This document shows, one piece after another, positions 29,070 to 38,057 of a stretch of 64,000 nt of DNA (position 1 is its first letter; the number at the start of each line of letters is the position of its first letter). The stretch comes from Waterburya sp. (lineage in GTDB: Bacteria > Cyanobacteriota > Cyanobacteriia > Cyanobacteriales > Xenococcaceae): NCBI GenBank assembly GCA_965217895.1, contig CBDCJV010000002.1:2048001-2112000 (forward strand), read 5' to 3'. Both the position numbers and the translations under genes were made by a program. The notes under the pieces are model-generated. The model searched no databases and was not told where the DNA came from. It worked only from the letters and a program-made list of their open reading frames with translations.

Positions 29070-29936
29070 CTACCACCTAAATCTAGCTACACAATCTAGA
29101 AAATAGGCTTCGTTTGTACCTACTCTTACTACTGGAACTCCAATAATGTTATCCATTTTTACCAAAAAGTTAAGTAAGTCATCTTTGCTTCTTCTAGCAT
29201 TAACCAAGTTTTGCATCTCATCAATAACTAACATCCCTAAGTGATGAGTATGAGCTAGTTGAGCTACCTGAGCCAACATATAATCTTCAGAGTTACGAGT
29301 TGAGCCAAATTTTTTAAAATAATTCGTGCCAAGCAAGAGATCGATTTCCTTGAAAATATCGATACATAATCCTTTTAGCGAACCAACGTGAGGACAATCT
29401 ACTTTAATCCATACAAGCTGATAAACGTTATATTCTGAATGGGCAATAACTTGAGGGTATAGATTGAGAATATTCTTTAAATTAGTGGATTTACCCATTC
29501 CTGAAGGACCGATTAGCGTAAAACCAGAAGCAGAGGTTGGTACATTGACATAATCTTCAATAGTTTTACCATTTCCTGTTTTGATGGCTTCATAGATTTG
29601 ATTGGCACGGCGAGCGTATTCTGGCTCGATAGGATTGCGAGCTAAGTAGCCTTGCATCAATAGAACGCTAACAATTCTTTGTAGTTCAAAAGTTTGATTC
29701 AAAGGAAAAAAATATCTTGATAATCTTTCAACGCAATGAAACCTAAATTGCGAGTCGAAAAATCTTTCCTCTTCCGCAAAATTAGGCATTCGAGTGACGC
29801 GATCGACAAATTCTTCATTAGAAAAAATTGCTGGTAATGCCCTAATCATGAGATTAGCATTGTACTCAGCAAGTTTTTGGTCGTTATAATCAGCAATTGC
29901 TGCTATTGTACCGTTTGAAATTTGTATTTGAGCCAT
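29070..29936 (-). pseudogene. tnsC: TnsC AAA+ ATPase, C-terminally truncated
   Basis: Walker A GPSGMGKS, Walker B LVIDEMQNL; sequence turns unrelated after VRVGTNEA; only 288 aa. Confidence 0.85.
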
Positions 29937-30092
29937 TTTAAATTATTATTTTTCTCTGTTTTTTTGCTCTCTGCGTTTTCTCGCGATCAGATTTAAATTT
30001 TTGCGTTTTACCGACTTGGAACTCGAATTTTCAGAATTTTCAGAAGATTGATGAGTAATCTTATGCTTTGATAGCCTGTTTTTTTCTAAATC

Positions 30093-32225
30093 TTAAGAAC
30101 GTTTATCTGCTTTTATCTTGACAGTGGCTTGCGACTCTTCTTGGCGGTCGCTTAATTCAAAACCTTCTTGTTCGCGTCGTTTTTCTTTTTCAAAGGCGCG
30201 ATTATCACGAATTCCTTTAACTCGTTCGTTTTTACTTAAGGTTTTATCTTTAACTACATCAGTTAAAGTTGTGGCTTGCTTCACTACCGATTCAATTTCA
30301 GACATCAAATTTATTTCCTGTTGAATTTGCTTACCCTGATATTTCTGATGTTGATAATTTTCATAAGCAAATAAATATTCTATGTCATCAAAAGGCTTTC
30401 CCTTATATTTATTATCAGGATCGATAATGAAACATTTTTCGTACTCTCTACCATTAGGCGAACGAAGATAAATAAAGTCTGGCTTTCTTGGATCGTATGA
30501 AATGTTTAATGATTTCTCATCTTTAGTTAGCAGTTTATTTCTAGCTCTTTCAAACCACTGCTCTTTGATAGCTTTGTCACATATATAGTAAAGATCTTTT
30601 TTAAACTTAATTCCCTTTGCAGTAATAGTTGCTTTTTCCGCAGGCATTAAATTCAGTTTGACAATATCCTCACTAAAAGTTTTGAGTTTTCCAGAACGAT
30701 TGCTAATTCCCCATTTCCAAAGTTCTCGAGGAATTGGTTCGATATCGTCCGTTATCATCATTTCTTCTCGATCATAGTTTTCTAAGAAATGATGATTATT
30801 GTGATGTCTAATTAAGTGAATAATGATTTCGGTAAATTGATTTGTGTCAAGTTTGGCATCCAAGCGATAGTCTTTTCCGCCTCTTTGTGTAAAGTTAATA
30901 TCTACATAACCTGGTAAAAATGGCTTGACTCGATCGTGAATAATACGAAAGTGTCTTTCCACTAAACCTTTCCAATCGGCTCGATAGGGAGCAGCATTTT
31001 CAATGCGAATTCCCAGATTGCTGATTAAAGTTTCGACTTTTTTACCTGCTAGTTCGCCACGATCGCCCAGAATAGCATCTGGTATATGATGTGCCAACCA
31101 TTCTTCTTCCTCAATCTCTATTCCATATTCAGCACAATATTCAACCTTATTTCTAGCAGCATTGACCAAAGCCATCATCATTCCGACCCACGAAGGTCCT
31201 TCCAAGCCAACATACACGCCAGTTATCATGCGACTAAAAACATCTATAACCACGTACACTACTGGTCTGCCACTAATCCAATTGCGATTGTAAGGTGAAA
31301 CTAAATAAACATCAGCAACAGTGGCATCGATTTGATAGCGAGAACCAGGACCAATTGATTCTTGTTTAGAGTTTCCTAAAATAGCTCGATGTTTGAGTGC
31401 AAAAGTTCTACTTGCTTTTCTAGAAGAAATAGTTTTTTTAATATCATTTTGTTCCTTATTATACCAATATCTAAATTGATTTAATGTTGGTCTTTTTTCG
31501 GGAGGAATCAGAATTGTTTTTTTAACACCGCGATTGTCAAATGTAATTTCTTCTGTATAGTATTCCTTGAGCATTAGCTTATATGCTGTAGTTAAAGAAT
31601 TTTTTTTGCGATTATTATAAAATTTGGTTATTGCTGTTCGGAAAGTTCTTCTATCTTCTTCTGTAATATTTATACCTTTACCTATTTCTGGAACAATACC
31701 GTACTTTCTAGGTCTACCTCTCTTTACACTATTCGATTTTCGCGTTGTACCTTTTCCCGCAGAATTAACATGATCTGGGATTAAGGCATTTTTGATCTTT
31801 CCTCGCTGCCAATATCTTCTTAGGTAACCGTATACTGTTTTTTCTACTACTTTTCCTTTAGTTTTTCCTTGATTATATTTTTCTACAACTTCTTTTACTA
31901 AAGAGCCTCGTAAATGTCTATAGTATATATCTGGTTCTTGAGTTACTAGTGATGAAATGATATTCCAGGCTTTATTTCTAATATCTATTTCTCTCTCTAA
32001 TAAATTTTCATCTTGAATTATCCTTGCCCAAGGATCGTTAGAATATTTTGAAGCTATTTCATTTAAGATCGCCTCTTCAATTTCAGCAATTGATTTTGGA
32101 TAGGGAAACCCTTTGTTAGCTTCAATCTCAAAAAGAAAAGCAATTGAATAGTCATCATCAATCCACACAACTCGTTCTATCGAGCCATCATTCCATTTAA
32201 TTAAATCGTTAACATATAAATTCAT
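30093..32225 (-). CDS. tnsB: TnsB DDE transposase (probable premature stop 48 codons early)
   Basis: GPGSRYQIDATVAD, VIDVFSRMITG, LGDRGE, KGLVERHF; the frame stays open past the stop to 29946. Confidence 0.92.
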   Translation of the reverse strand: MNLYVNDLIKWNDGSIERVVWIDDDYSIAFLFEIEANKGFPYPKSIAEIEEAILNEIASKYSNDPWARIIQDENLLEREIDIRNKAWNIISSLVTQEPDIYYRHLRGSLVKEVVEKYNQGKTKGKVVEKTVYGYLRRYWQRGKIKNALIPDHVNSAGKGTTRKSNSVKRGRPRKYGIVPEIGKGINITEEDRRTFRTAITKFYNNRKKNSLTTAYKLMLKEYYTEEITFDNRGVKKTILIPPEKRPTLNQFRYWYNKEQNDIKKTISSRKASRTFALKHRAILGNSKQESIGPGSRYQIDATVADVYLVSPYNRNWISGRPVVYVVIDVFSRMITGVYVGLEGPSWVGMMMALVNAARNKVEYCAEYGIEIEEEEWLAHHIPDAILGDRGELAGKKVETLISNLGIRIENAAPYRADWKGLVERHFRIIHDRVKPFLPGYVDINFTQRGGKDYRLDAKLDTNQFTEIIIHLIRHHNNHHFLENYDREEMMITDDIEPIPRELWKWGISNRSGKLKTFSEDIVKLNLMPAEKATITAKGIKFKKDLYYICDKAIKEQWFERARNKLLTKDEKSLNISYDPRKPDFIYLRSPNGREYEKCFIIDPDNKYKGKPFDDIEYLFAYENYQHQKYQGKQIQQEINLMSEIESVVKQATTLTDVVKDKTLSKNERVKGIRDNRAFEKEKRREQEGFELSDRQEESQATVKIKADKRS

Positions 32226-32254
32226 AGCTATCTTAGATTTAATTCAAATTAATA

Positions 32255-33055
32255 TCAAATAACTTGTTTGATAATATTTGTATATGAGTTGTTAAAGACT
32301 TTTGCTTCTTCCATTTCAATTACAATTTCTTTTCTGGCAATTAAATGTTTAAATAATGACAAACAAGTATCAGCCTCAAGATCCATATCTCGATCTAATT
32401 TTGATGTAATTGTACTAATTCTTGATTTTTTGCTATTTAATATATCTTTCAAAATATTGTTAATGTAATAGCGATTTTCGCTATTTTTTTCAACTGGTAG
32501 TTCCCAATGATAATTTGGATGAACCCACTTGACGTTATCAGCCAAAATTTTAGATATTTCTTGTTCTGTTACTAATGCCCAATCAACATTTTGTCTTTCC
32601 CAATACAGTTTTTCTATTGTCCTCTTCTTTTCCAATTCTTTAGTCATTTTTATTGTGCGGGAAATTTTAACTAATTTACCACCCTGCTTGATTATCAACA
32701 TAAAATCAGTGGTTAGTACATAGGGAACATCTGTGTTTTTATCTTTGGGATATTCAATTCCTATCTCATCAGCAATACAAAATGCCAGATCCAAATCGAT
32801 CAATGGATATTGTTCTTGTATATCTTGAACTGCATCACTCCATTCAAGTAAATAAAAAAACCTTAATTCCCAATCAGACATAAAATGATGTACGCGATCG
32901 CTTCTCCATCCAGGCGTTCTTGAAACTCTGCCTTGTGAGGGGAAATCTTGAATGGTTATCCAGGGTTTATAATTTTTTCCACTACCTTTTCCTCTTCCCT
33001 CTTTTACAAATCGCTCGAATTTCGTTTTTGTCCAATCCTGCTTGCGTCTACCCAT
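32255..33055 (-). CDS. tnsA: TnsA endonuclease subunit
   Basis: EGRGKG..YKPWI..DFPSQGR, HHFMSDWE, DIQEQYPL, LTTDFM, RTIK. Confidence 0.92.
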   Translation of the reverse strand: MGRRKQDWTKTKFERFVKEGRGKGSGKNYKPWITIQDFPSQGRVSRTPGWRSDRVHHFMSDWELRFFYLLEWSDAVQDIQEQYPLIDLDLAFCIADEIGIEYPKDKNTDVPYVLTTDFMLIIKQGGKLVKISRTIKMTKELEKKRTIEKLYWERQNVDWALVTEQEISKILADNVKWVHPNYHWELPVEKNSENRYYINNILKDILNSKKSRISTITSKLDRDMDLEADTCLSLFKHLIARKEIVIEMEEAKVFNNSYTNIIKQVI

Positions 33056-33115
33056 AAAAACAAAGCATAAAAAACAGTACAGTCTTATTAGTTAAGATTG
33101 TACTATTTTATGACA

Positions 33116-33164
33116 TAATTGTCGCGTCGAATTATAAATTGTTTAACCGAATTACCATTGTACA
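33116..33164 (-). repeat. Tn7 right end with two adjacent putative TnsB-binding sites
   Basis: Minus strand TGTACAATGG-TAATTCGGTTAAACAATT-TA-TAATTCGACGCGACAATT. Confidence 0.8.
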
Positions 33165-33190
33165 CAAAAAACGATAAAAAAGCAAATTCG

Positions 33191-35098
33191 CTATTCAACA
33201 GTGACGCTTTTTGCGAGATTTCTCGGTTGATCCACATCTAATCCTTTAATCGCTGCAATGTGATATGACAACATCTGCAAAGGAACAACCGCCAACACAG
33301 GGGAAATCAACTCATCTACCTCTGGGACAGTCAAAATATCATCAAAGGTGTGTGCTGCTTCCGTAGCATTCATGGCAGTAGTGACACCAATTAAACGAGC
33401 ATCTCTAGCTTTTGCTTCTTGGGCGTTAGAAATCACTTTATCATAAACACTTCCAGGCATAGCAACTGCTACTACGGGTACTTTGTTATCCAATAAAGCG
33501 ATCGGTCCATGCTTCATTTCACCAGCGGGATATGCCTCTGCATGGATGTAAGAGATTTCTTTGAGCTTTAATGCACCTTCGAGAGCAATAGGAAAGTTAA
33601 TACCTCTGCCAATAAAGATAAAGTCTTCGGTTTCGGTAGTAAAGTCGTGTGCCAATTCTTCGATCGCTTCGGCTTGAGTATCTAAGATAGTTTCTATCTG
33701 ACTAGGAATATGGCGCAAGCCTTCGAGTATCTCTTCAATTCTGGTGTTGGGTATAGCCTGACGGCGATAAGCCAAGTCTAGAGATAGGAAATAAAAGCTC
33801 ATGGTTTGAGCGACAAAAGTTTTGGTAGCAGCCACACCAATTTCAATACCTGCGTGGGTGTCGATAATGCGATCGCATATTTGCGCAATACTGCTTTCGG
33901 CGCGGTTGGTAATAGCCAATAGTTTTGCCTGGAATTTAGGTTCTAAATTAGCTCTTCTGGCTCTTTCTGATTCTAAAGCAGCAATGGTATCAGCAGTTTC
34001 CCCAGATTGGGTTACACCGATGGTTAAAGTGTTAGGAATTATAGGTTTAGGAGAATAGCGAAACTCAGAAGCATAATCTACTGTAGTGGGGATACCTGCC
34101 ACTTGTTCTAATAAATATTTGCCAATCAAAGCAGCGTGCCAACTCGTACCACAGGCTAATATTTGAATATGTTGGAGATCATCCGTTAGATTGGGAGATA
34201 AACCGATATTTACAGGGCTATAATCAGGATTTTCCTCGGCGTGCCAGTTAGGATTAATATATGTATCCAAACAAGTTCTAACTACTGCTGGCTGCTCATA
34301 GATTTCCTTGAGCATATAGTGACGGAAGCCTTGTTTTTCTGTCTGTACGGGATTCCAATCTAGGGTGCGAGGAAAGCGAGAAACGCGATCGCCAGCAAAA
34401 TTGTAAATTTCCACTCCTAATGGCGTAAGCTTGGCTATTTCGCCATTTTCCAAACCAAGAACGGCACGAGTATGGGGCAGCAATGCTGTAATATCAGAGT
34501 TACAAAAAAATTCTCCTTGTCCAAAACCGATGGCTAAGGGGGCTTGTTGTCTTACGGCGATTATTTCTTCGGGATAATCAGCGCAAATAATAGCTAGCGC
34601 AAATGCTCCTTTTAATCTATTTACTGTTTTTTGAACTGCTGCCAGCAAACGAGCGTAACGAGGTAAAAAATCTTCCTCAGCGGTTTTGAGAACTTCAGCA
34701 ATCAAATTGGGAATAACTTCTGTATCTGTTTCCGAGCAAAACTCGTATCCTTTGATTTTTAATTCGTCTTTTATTTCCTGATAGTTTTCAATAATTCCAT
34801 TTTGAACCACAGCAATCCGCTTTTCCATGTCCAGATGCGGATGAGCATTGTGTTCTTCTGGTTTACCGTGAGTTGCCCAACGAGTGTGTCCAATTCCTAT
34901 TTGAGCAGGATTAACGTCCCGTTCTATTTTTTCCCGCAGATTATAAAGTTTGCCTTTTGCTTTGATGCAATTAATATCTCCTTCTAGTACCGTGGCTACT
35001 CCTGCTGAGTCGTAACCCCGATACTCTAATCTTTCTAGACCAGAAATTAAAATGTCTGTAGCAGCTTGAGTACCTATATAGCCGACAATTCCACACAT
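33191..35098 (-). CDS. glmS: Glutamine--fructose-6-phosphate aminotransferase
   Basis: MCGIVG, GHTRWATHG, C-terminal DQPRNLAKSVTVE (the attTn7 recognition region). Confidence 0.99.
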   Translation of the reverse strand: MCGIVGYIGTQAATDILISGLERLEYRGYDSAGVATVLEGDINCIKAKGKLYNLREKIERDVNPAQIGIGHTRWATHGKPEEHNAHPHLDMEKRIAVVQNGIIENYQEIKDELKIKGYEFCSETDTEVIPNLIAEVLKTAEEDFLPRYARLLAAVQKTVNRLKGAFALAIICADYPEEIIAVRQQAPLAIGFGQGEFFCNSDITALLPHTRAVLGLENGEIAKLTPLGVEIYNFAGDRVSRFPRTLDWNPVQTEKQGFRHYMLKEIYEQPAVVRTCLDTYINPNWHAEENPDYSPVNIGLSPNLTDDLQHIQILACGTSWHAALIGKYLLEQVAGIPTTVDYASEFRYSPKPIIPNTLTIGVTQSGETADTIAALESERARRANLEPKFQAKLLAITNRAESSIAQICDRIIDTHAGIEIGVAATKTFVAQTMSFYFLSLDLAYRRQAIPNTRIEEILEGLRHIPSQIETILDTQAEAIEELAHDFTTETEDFIFIGRGINFPIALEGALKLKEISYIHAEAYPAGEMKHGPIALLDNKVPVVAVAMPGSVYDKVISNAQEAKARDARLIGVTTAMNATEAAHTFDDILTVPEVDELISPVLAVVPLQMLSYHIAAIKGLDVDQPRNLAKSVTVE

Positions 35099-35165
35099 AT
35101 TAATGGTTTTTATATATAAAGTTGTTTTATCGCCTCTAGTTTAGACCAAATGTTTCAAATAGTCC

Positions 35166-35744
35166 TTAGAAATTGTCTGATTCTGGTAACGCTCCTGATT
35201 GCCCATTTTGTAAAAATAAATTTCCCGCAGCATCGTTTTGATAAACACAGTCGATTTTAGGCTTTCCTTCTAATGGCCCGATAAACCCAAAAGTATTCAT
35301 GCGTCTCTTGCAATCTCTTTCCTGTTCGGAACTGACTAATTTTCTTTGCTCTAAAATAGACCAATTAGTACGCCGTAGAACACACCCAGGCTGCATACTA
35401 GGTTGGGTTAAATAGACGCTAAAGGGGTTCAAGGTCAAAAACACCCGCATATCTGTGACGATCGCACTAGCTCCAAATTGCTGACAGAGTTCGGGGTTTG
35501 GTGCTGCGCGATCTATTTGTAAACTAGAATCGACCGATTCATTACCGCTCGAGCCACTAGAGAGGTTTAAAGATAATCCAATAACTATACCAACGACAAA
35601 AACACTGGCGATAATTGCAGCTTTAGCTACATCTATAGGACTTTTTTTGGGAGAAGGGGTAGGAGGAGTTGAGCGATAATCCTGAGGATCGTAGCGATCG
35701 CCAGGATTATCGTAACTATTTCGATTGCGATTTCTGCGAGCCAT
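35166..35744 (-). CDS. DUF3172-family protein
   Basis: APNPELCQQFGASA..PGCVLRRTNW..CKRRMNTFGF. Confidence 0.8.
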   Translation of the reverse strand: MARRNRNRNSYDNPGDRYDPQDYRSTPPTPSPKKSPIDVAKAAIIASVFVVGIVIGLSLNLSSGSSGNESVDSSLQIDRAAPNPELCQQFGASAIVTDMRVFLTLNPFSVYLTQPSMQPGCVLRRTNWSILEQRKLVSSEQERDCKRRMNTFGFIGPLEGKPKIDCVYQNDAAGNLFLQNGQSGALPESDNF

Positions 35745-35895
35745 AAATAATTACTGATAAAGTTTTAAGCAATATTGATTGTTTATATATTAATATTTTA
35801 AAAGTTTTAGTTAGTGAATCACCACAATCGGCATAAATAGGCAGAAGAATAAGACCCAGCATAAAAGCTATAGACTCTCAGAAATAATAGCTAGA

Positions 35896-36210
35896 AGCGA
35901 TGCATCGCGGTCTTTGCGAGAGGAAATGCCCTGAGTTAAAGGGCTGTCTTGGTGAGCATTCCCTTGCGCCCAGCCCTGGAGGGCTGCGACTTTCCTTCGG
36001 AAAGGCGGCGAACTCCAGTTCGCGCGACGCGGGGTCTCACCGCTATTCCACTCTCGCGGTGTTGATTTCCAAAGGCGGCTTTTGAGACAGAGTATTCTTT
36101 CTCAACCTCGACAGTTTGCTCACCCTCGACAATAACCTCAACGGGTCATAGACCCGCAACGGTTTTGTCTCGCAAAACGCGCCGTACAAAGAGCGAATGC
36201 GCCAAGAAGC
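35896..36210. repeat. Cluster of nested small GC-rich dispersed repeats
   Basis: GTCTTGGTGAGCATTCCC..GGGGTCTCACCG (35946-36042) shared with 27102-27150, 43366-43405 and 48615-48710; an internal 39-mer recurs inverted near 62084-62122; 36140-36161 recurs near 6452-6473. Confidence 0.75.
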
Positions 36211-36262
36211 TTATAGCTACAGCAGTTTGATCGGTGACTAATACCGGCAAGCCTGCAACACT

Positions 36263-37168
36263 TTATGGATGAATTGAACCATCGGGTAAAGTAGCACCAG
36301 TTAATTTAACAGCGGTGATTTTTACCATTATTTTATTGTTAAAGCCAACTTTTGCACCGTTTAGGTTAGCACCGCTTAAGTCTGAACCGCTCAAGTCTGC
36401 ACCAATTAGGTTAGCATCTTGCAGATTGGCGTTTCTCAGGTTTGCCTGAAGTAAGTTAGCACCTTTTAAGTTCGCCCCCTGAAGATTAGCACCCTCCAGA
36501 ATTATCTTGTGCAAGAAAGTATCACTCAGATCGGCGTAGGAGAGATTTGCCTCGGATAGATCTCTACAAGAAAAATCCTTTTCTTTAAAGTTAGATCTGC
36601 TCAAATCCGCACCGCGAAGGTCTTTGAAGTATGGTCTTGTACAGCTATTTTCTGCTGGACGAGGTGAACTATAGCTTTTTCCAGCCTGATGGAAGTCTTG
36701 ATAACCGTCGCTGCCACTAGTTTTGCGATCGCTTGGATTACTGGATGTAGAATAATATGCCCGATAGTCCCAAGGGCGACTTTGCTGGTAGTTTCCTGAG
36801 TAGTAGCTGGATTTAGCATAAGCCTGTTGCTGATTGGCTGTATCAGCAGAGGTACGATTGCTCTTAGAGTAAGCCTGTGTATTACGAGAATAGGCTCTAG
36901 CTTGAGATCTATCGTAATAGGTTTTTGATTCAGGCTGATGTTTGGCAGTCTTTTTGTGCTGACGATGATACGAACGCAAGGAGTCTCGCGCCTCATTTAT
37001 CTGCTGCAATTTCTCAACAGATTTCTGGATCAACCGCTCATTTTCTTGTGGAAGGCGATCGGGATGCCAAATAAATACCAAATCTTTATATGCCTGATTA
37101 ACCTCTTCAAGAGATGCGCCTGGGTTTAATCCCAAGACTTTGTAGTGCTGATCTAGGTTTTGAATCAC
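36263..37168 (-). CDS. DnaJ-domain plus pentapeptide-repeat protein
   Basis: J domain with WHPDR; C-terminal A(N/D)LxG repeats. Confidence 0.9.
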   Translation of the reverse strand: MIQNLDQHYKVLGLNPGASLEEVNQAYKDLVFIWHPDRLPQENERLIQKSVEKLQQINEARDSLRSYHRQHKKTAKHQPESKTYYDRSQARAYSRNTQAYSKSNRTSADTANQQQAYAKSSYYSGNYQQSRPWDYRAYYSTSSNPSDRKTSGSDGYQDFHQAGKSYSSPRPAENSCTRPYFKDLRGADLSRSNFKEKDFSCRDLSEANLSYADLSDTFLHKIILEGANLQGANLKGANLLQANLRNANLQDANLIGADLSGSDLSGANLNGAKVGFNNKIMVKITAVKLTGATLPDGSIHP

Positions 37169-37614
37169 TATGGCAATCCTTCCTCAACTGTACCTAAGTT
37201 TTACTCAAACATTTGGCGATGTAAGTGCCTAATTTTACTAATTAATTTTTATTTTAGAATAATTGTTTTCAGAATCGAAAACCCTAAATAATTTCCTTAT
37301 TATTATAGATATTAACTTTATTCATGTAAGCTTCTAATTAGATTTGTAAACCAAGCTGTCATCTAAATTAACTATAATTGGCAAGTTGTTCAACATAAAA
37401 GTCGCTATTTCACTAATTAAAATACGGTTAACTTCAATTCTAAAGGATTAATAATGCAATTGAAGCGAATAATCTGGAGAATCGAAAAGGTTTCAATTTT
37501 TAATCGTCTTTTGGAGCGATCGCAACTATTGTTCCCACCAATGACTAATTTTAAAGATGATACCTATGATTTTGAGATAGATTTGGAGAAAGGGCAGATA
37601 ACTTATTTAAAGCT

Positions 37615-38040
37615 ATGGAAGAGTTGCTGGAGTTAAGGAAATACATAGAGGAGAAAAACTACGCTAAGGCGTTAGAAATTGTTGGCGAATTAGAGGAAAT
37701 GTCAAAAGAGGATAAGTTAAATAAAATTTACAGTTACGCTGTAATCCTCTTAATTCATCTAATTAAGCAAGAGGTAGAAAAACGCACTACTAGATCTTGG
37801 AATGTATCTATTAAAAATTCGGTGCGCGAAATTGATCGTGTCAACAAAAGGAGGAAATCAGGGGGTTATTATGCCTCTGATGTCGAACTGTTAGACATTA
37901 TCAGTGAAGCAATGCCAGCAGCCGTCGATCGCTCATCTTTAGAAGTTTGCGAGGGACTTTATGAGTCCAGGGATCTGATATCTCTATTTGACCAAAATTT
38001 GATTATTAAACGAGCTTTCAAGCTGATAAAAAACTCTTGA
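37615..38040 (+). CDS. DUF29-family protein
   Basis: ELEEMSKEDKLNKIYSY..LLIHLIKQ..TRSW; paralog at 62535..62957. Confidence 0.8.
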   Translation: MEELLELRKYIEEKNYAKALEIVGELEEMSKEDKLNKIYSYAVILLIHLIKQEVEKRTTRSWNVSIKNSVREIDRVNKRRKSGGYYASDVELLDIISEAMPAAVDRSSLEVCEGLYESRDLISLFDQNLIIKRAFKLIKNS

Positions 38041-38057
38041 AAACGATCGCTTGCTTA

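Larger units (their letters stand above)
7642..33164 (-). mobile_element. Tn7-family transposon at the glmS attachment site, carrying a PKS cluster; defective
   Basis: Left end TGTAAAATCATAATTCGGTTGAACAATTT (7642..) matches right end TGTACAATGGTAATTCGGTTAAACAATTT (minus strand from 33164). tnsABC lie next to the right end. CAAAAA flanks both sides. Insertion is 26 bp past the glmS stop. Confidence 0.88.

Noticed and set aside
26220..33164. CRISPR-associated transposon (CAST)
   Set aside because: No cas genes, tniQ or repeat-spacer array visible between the transposon ends.
35900..36085. Small ORF or structured ncRNA
   Set aside because: Explained by nested dispersed repeats; no RNA family recognised.
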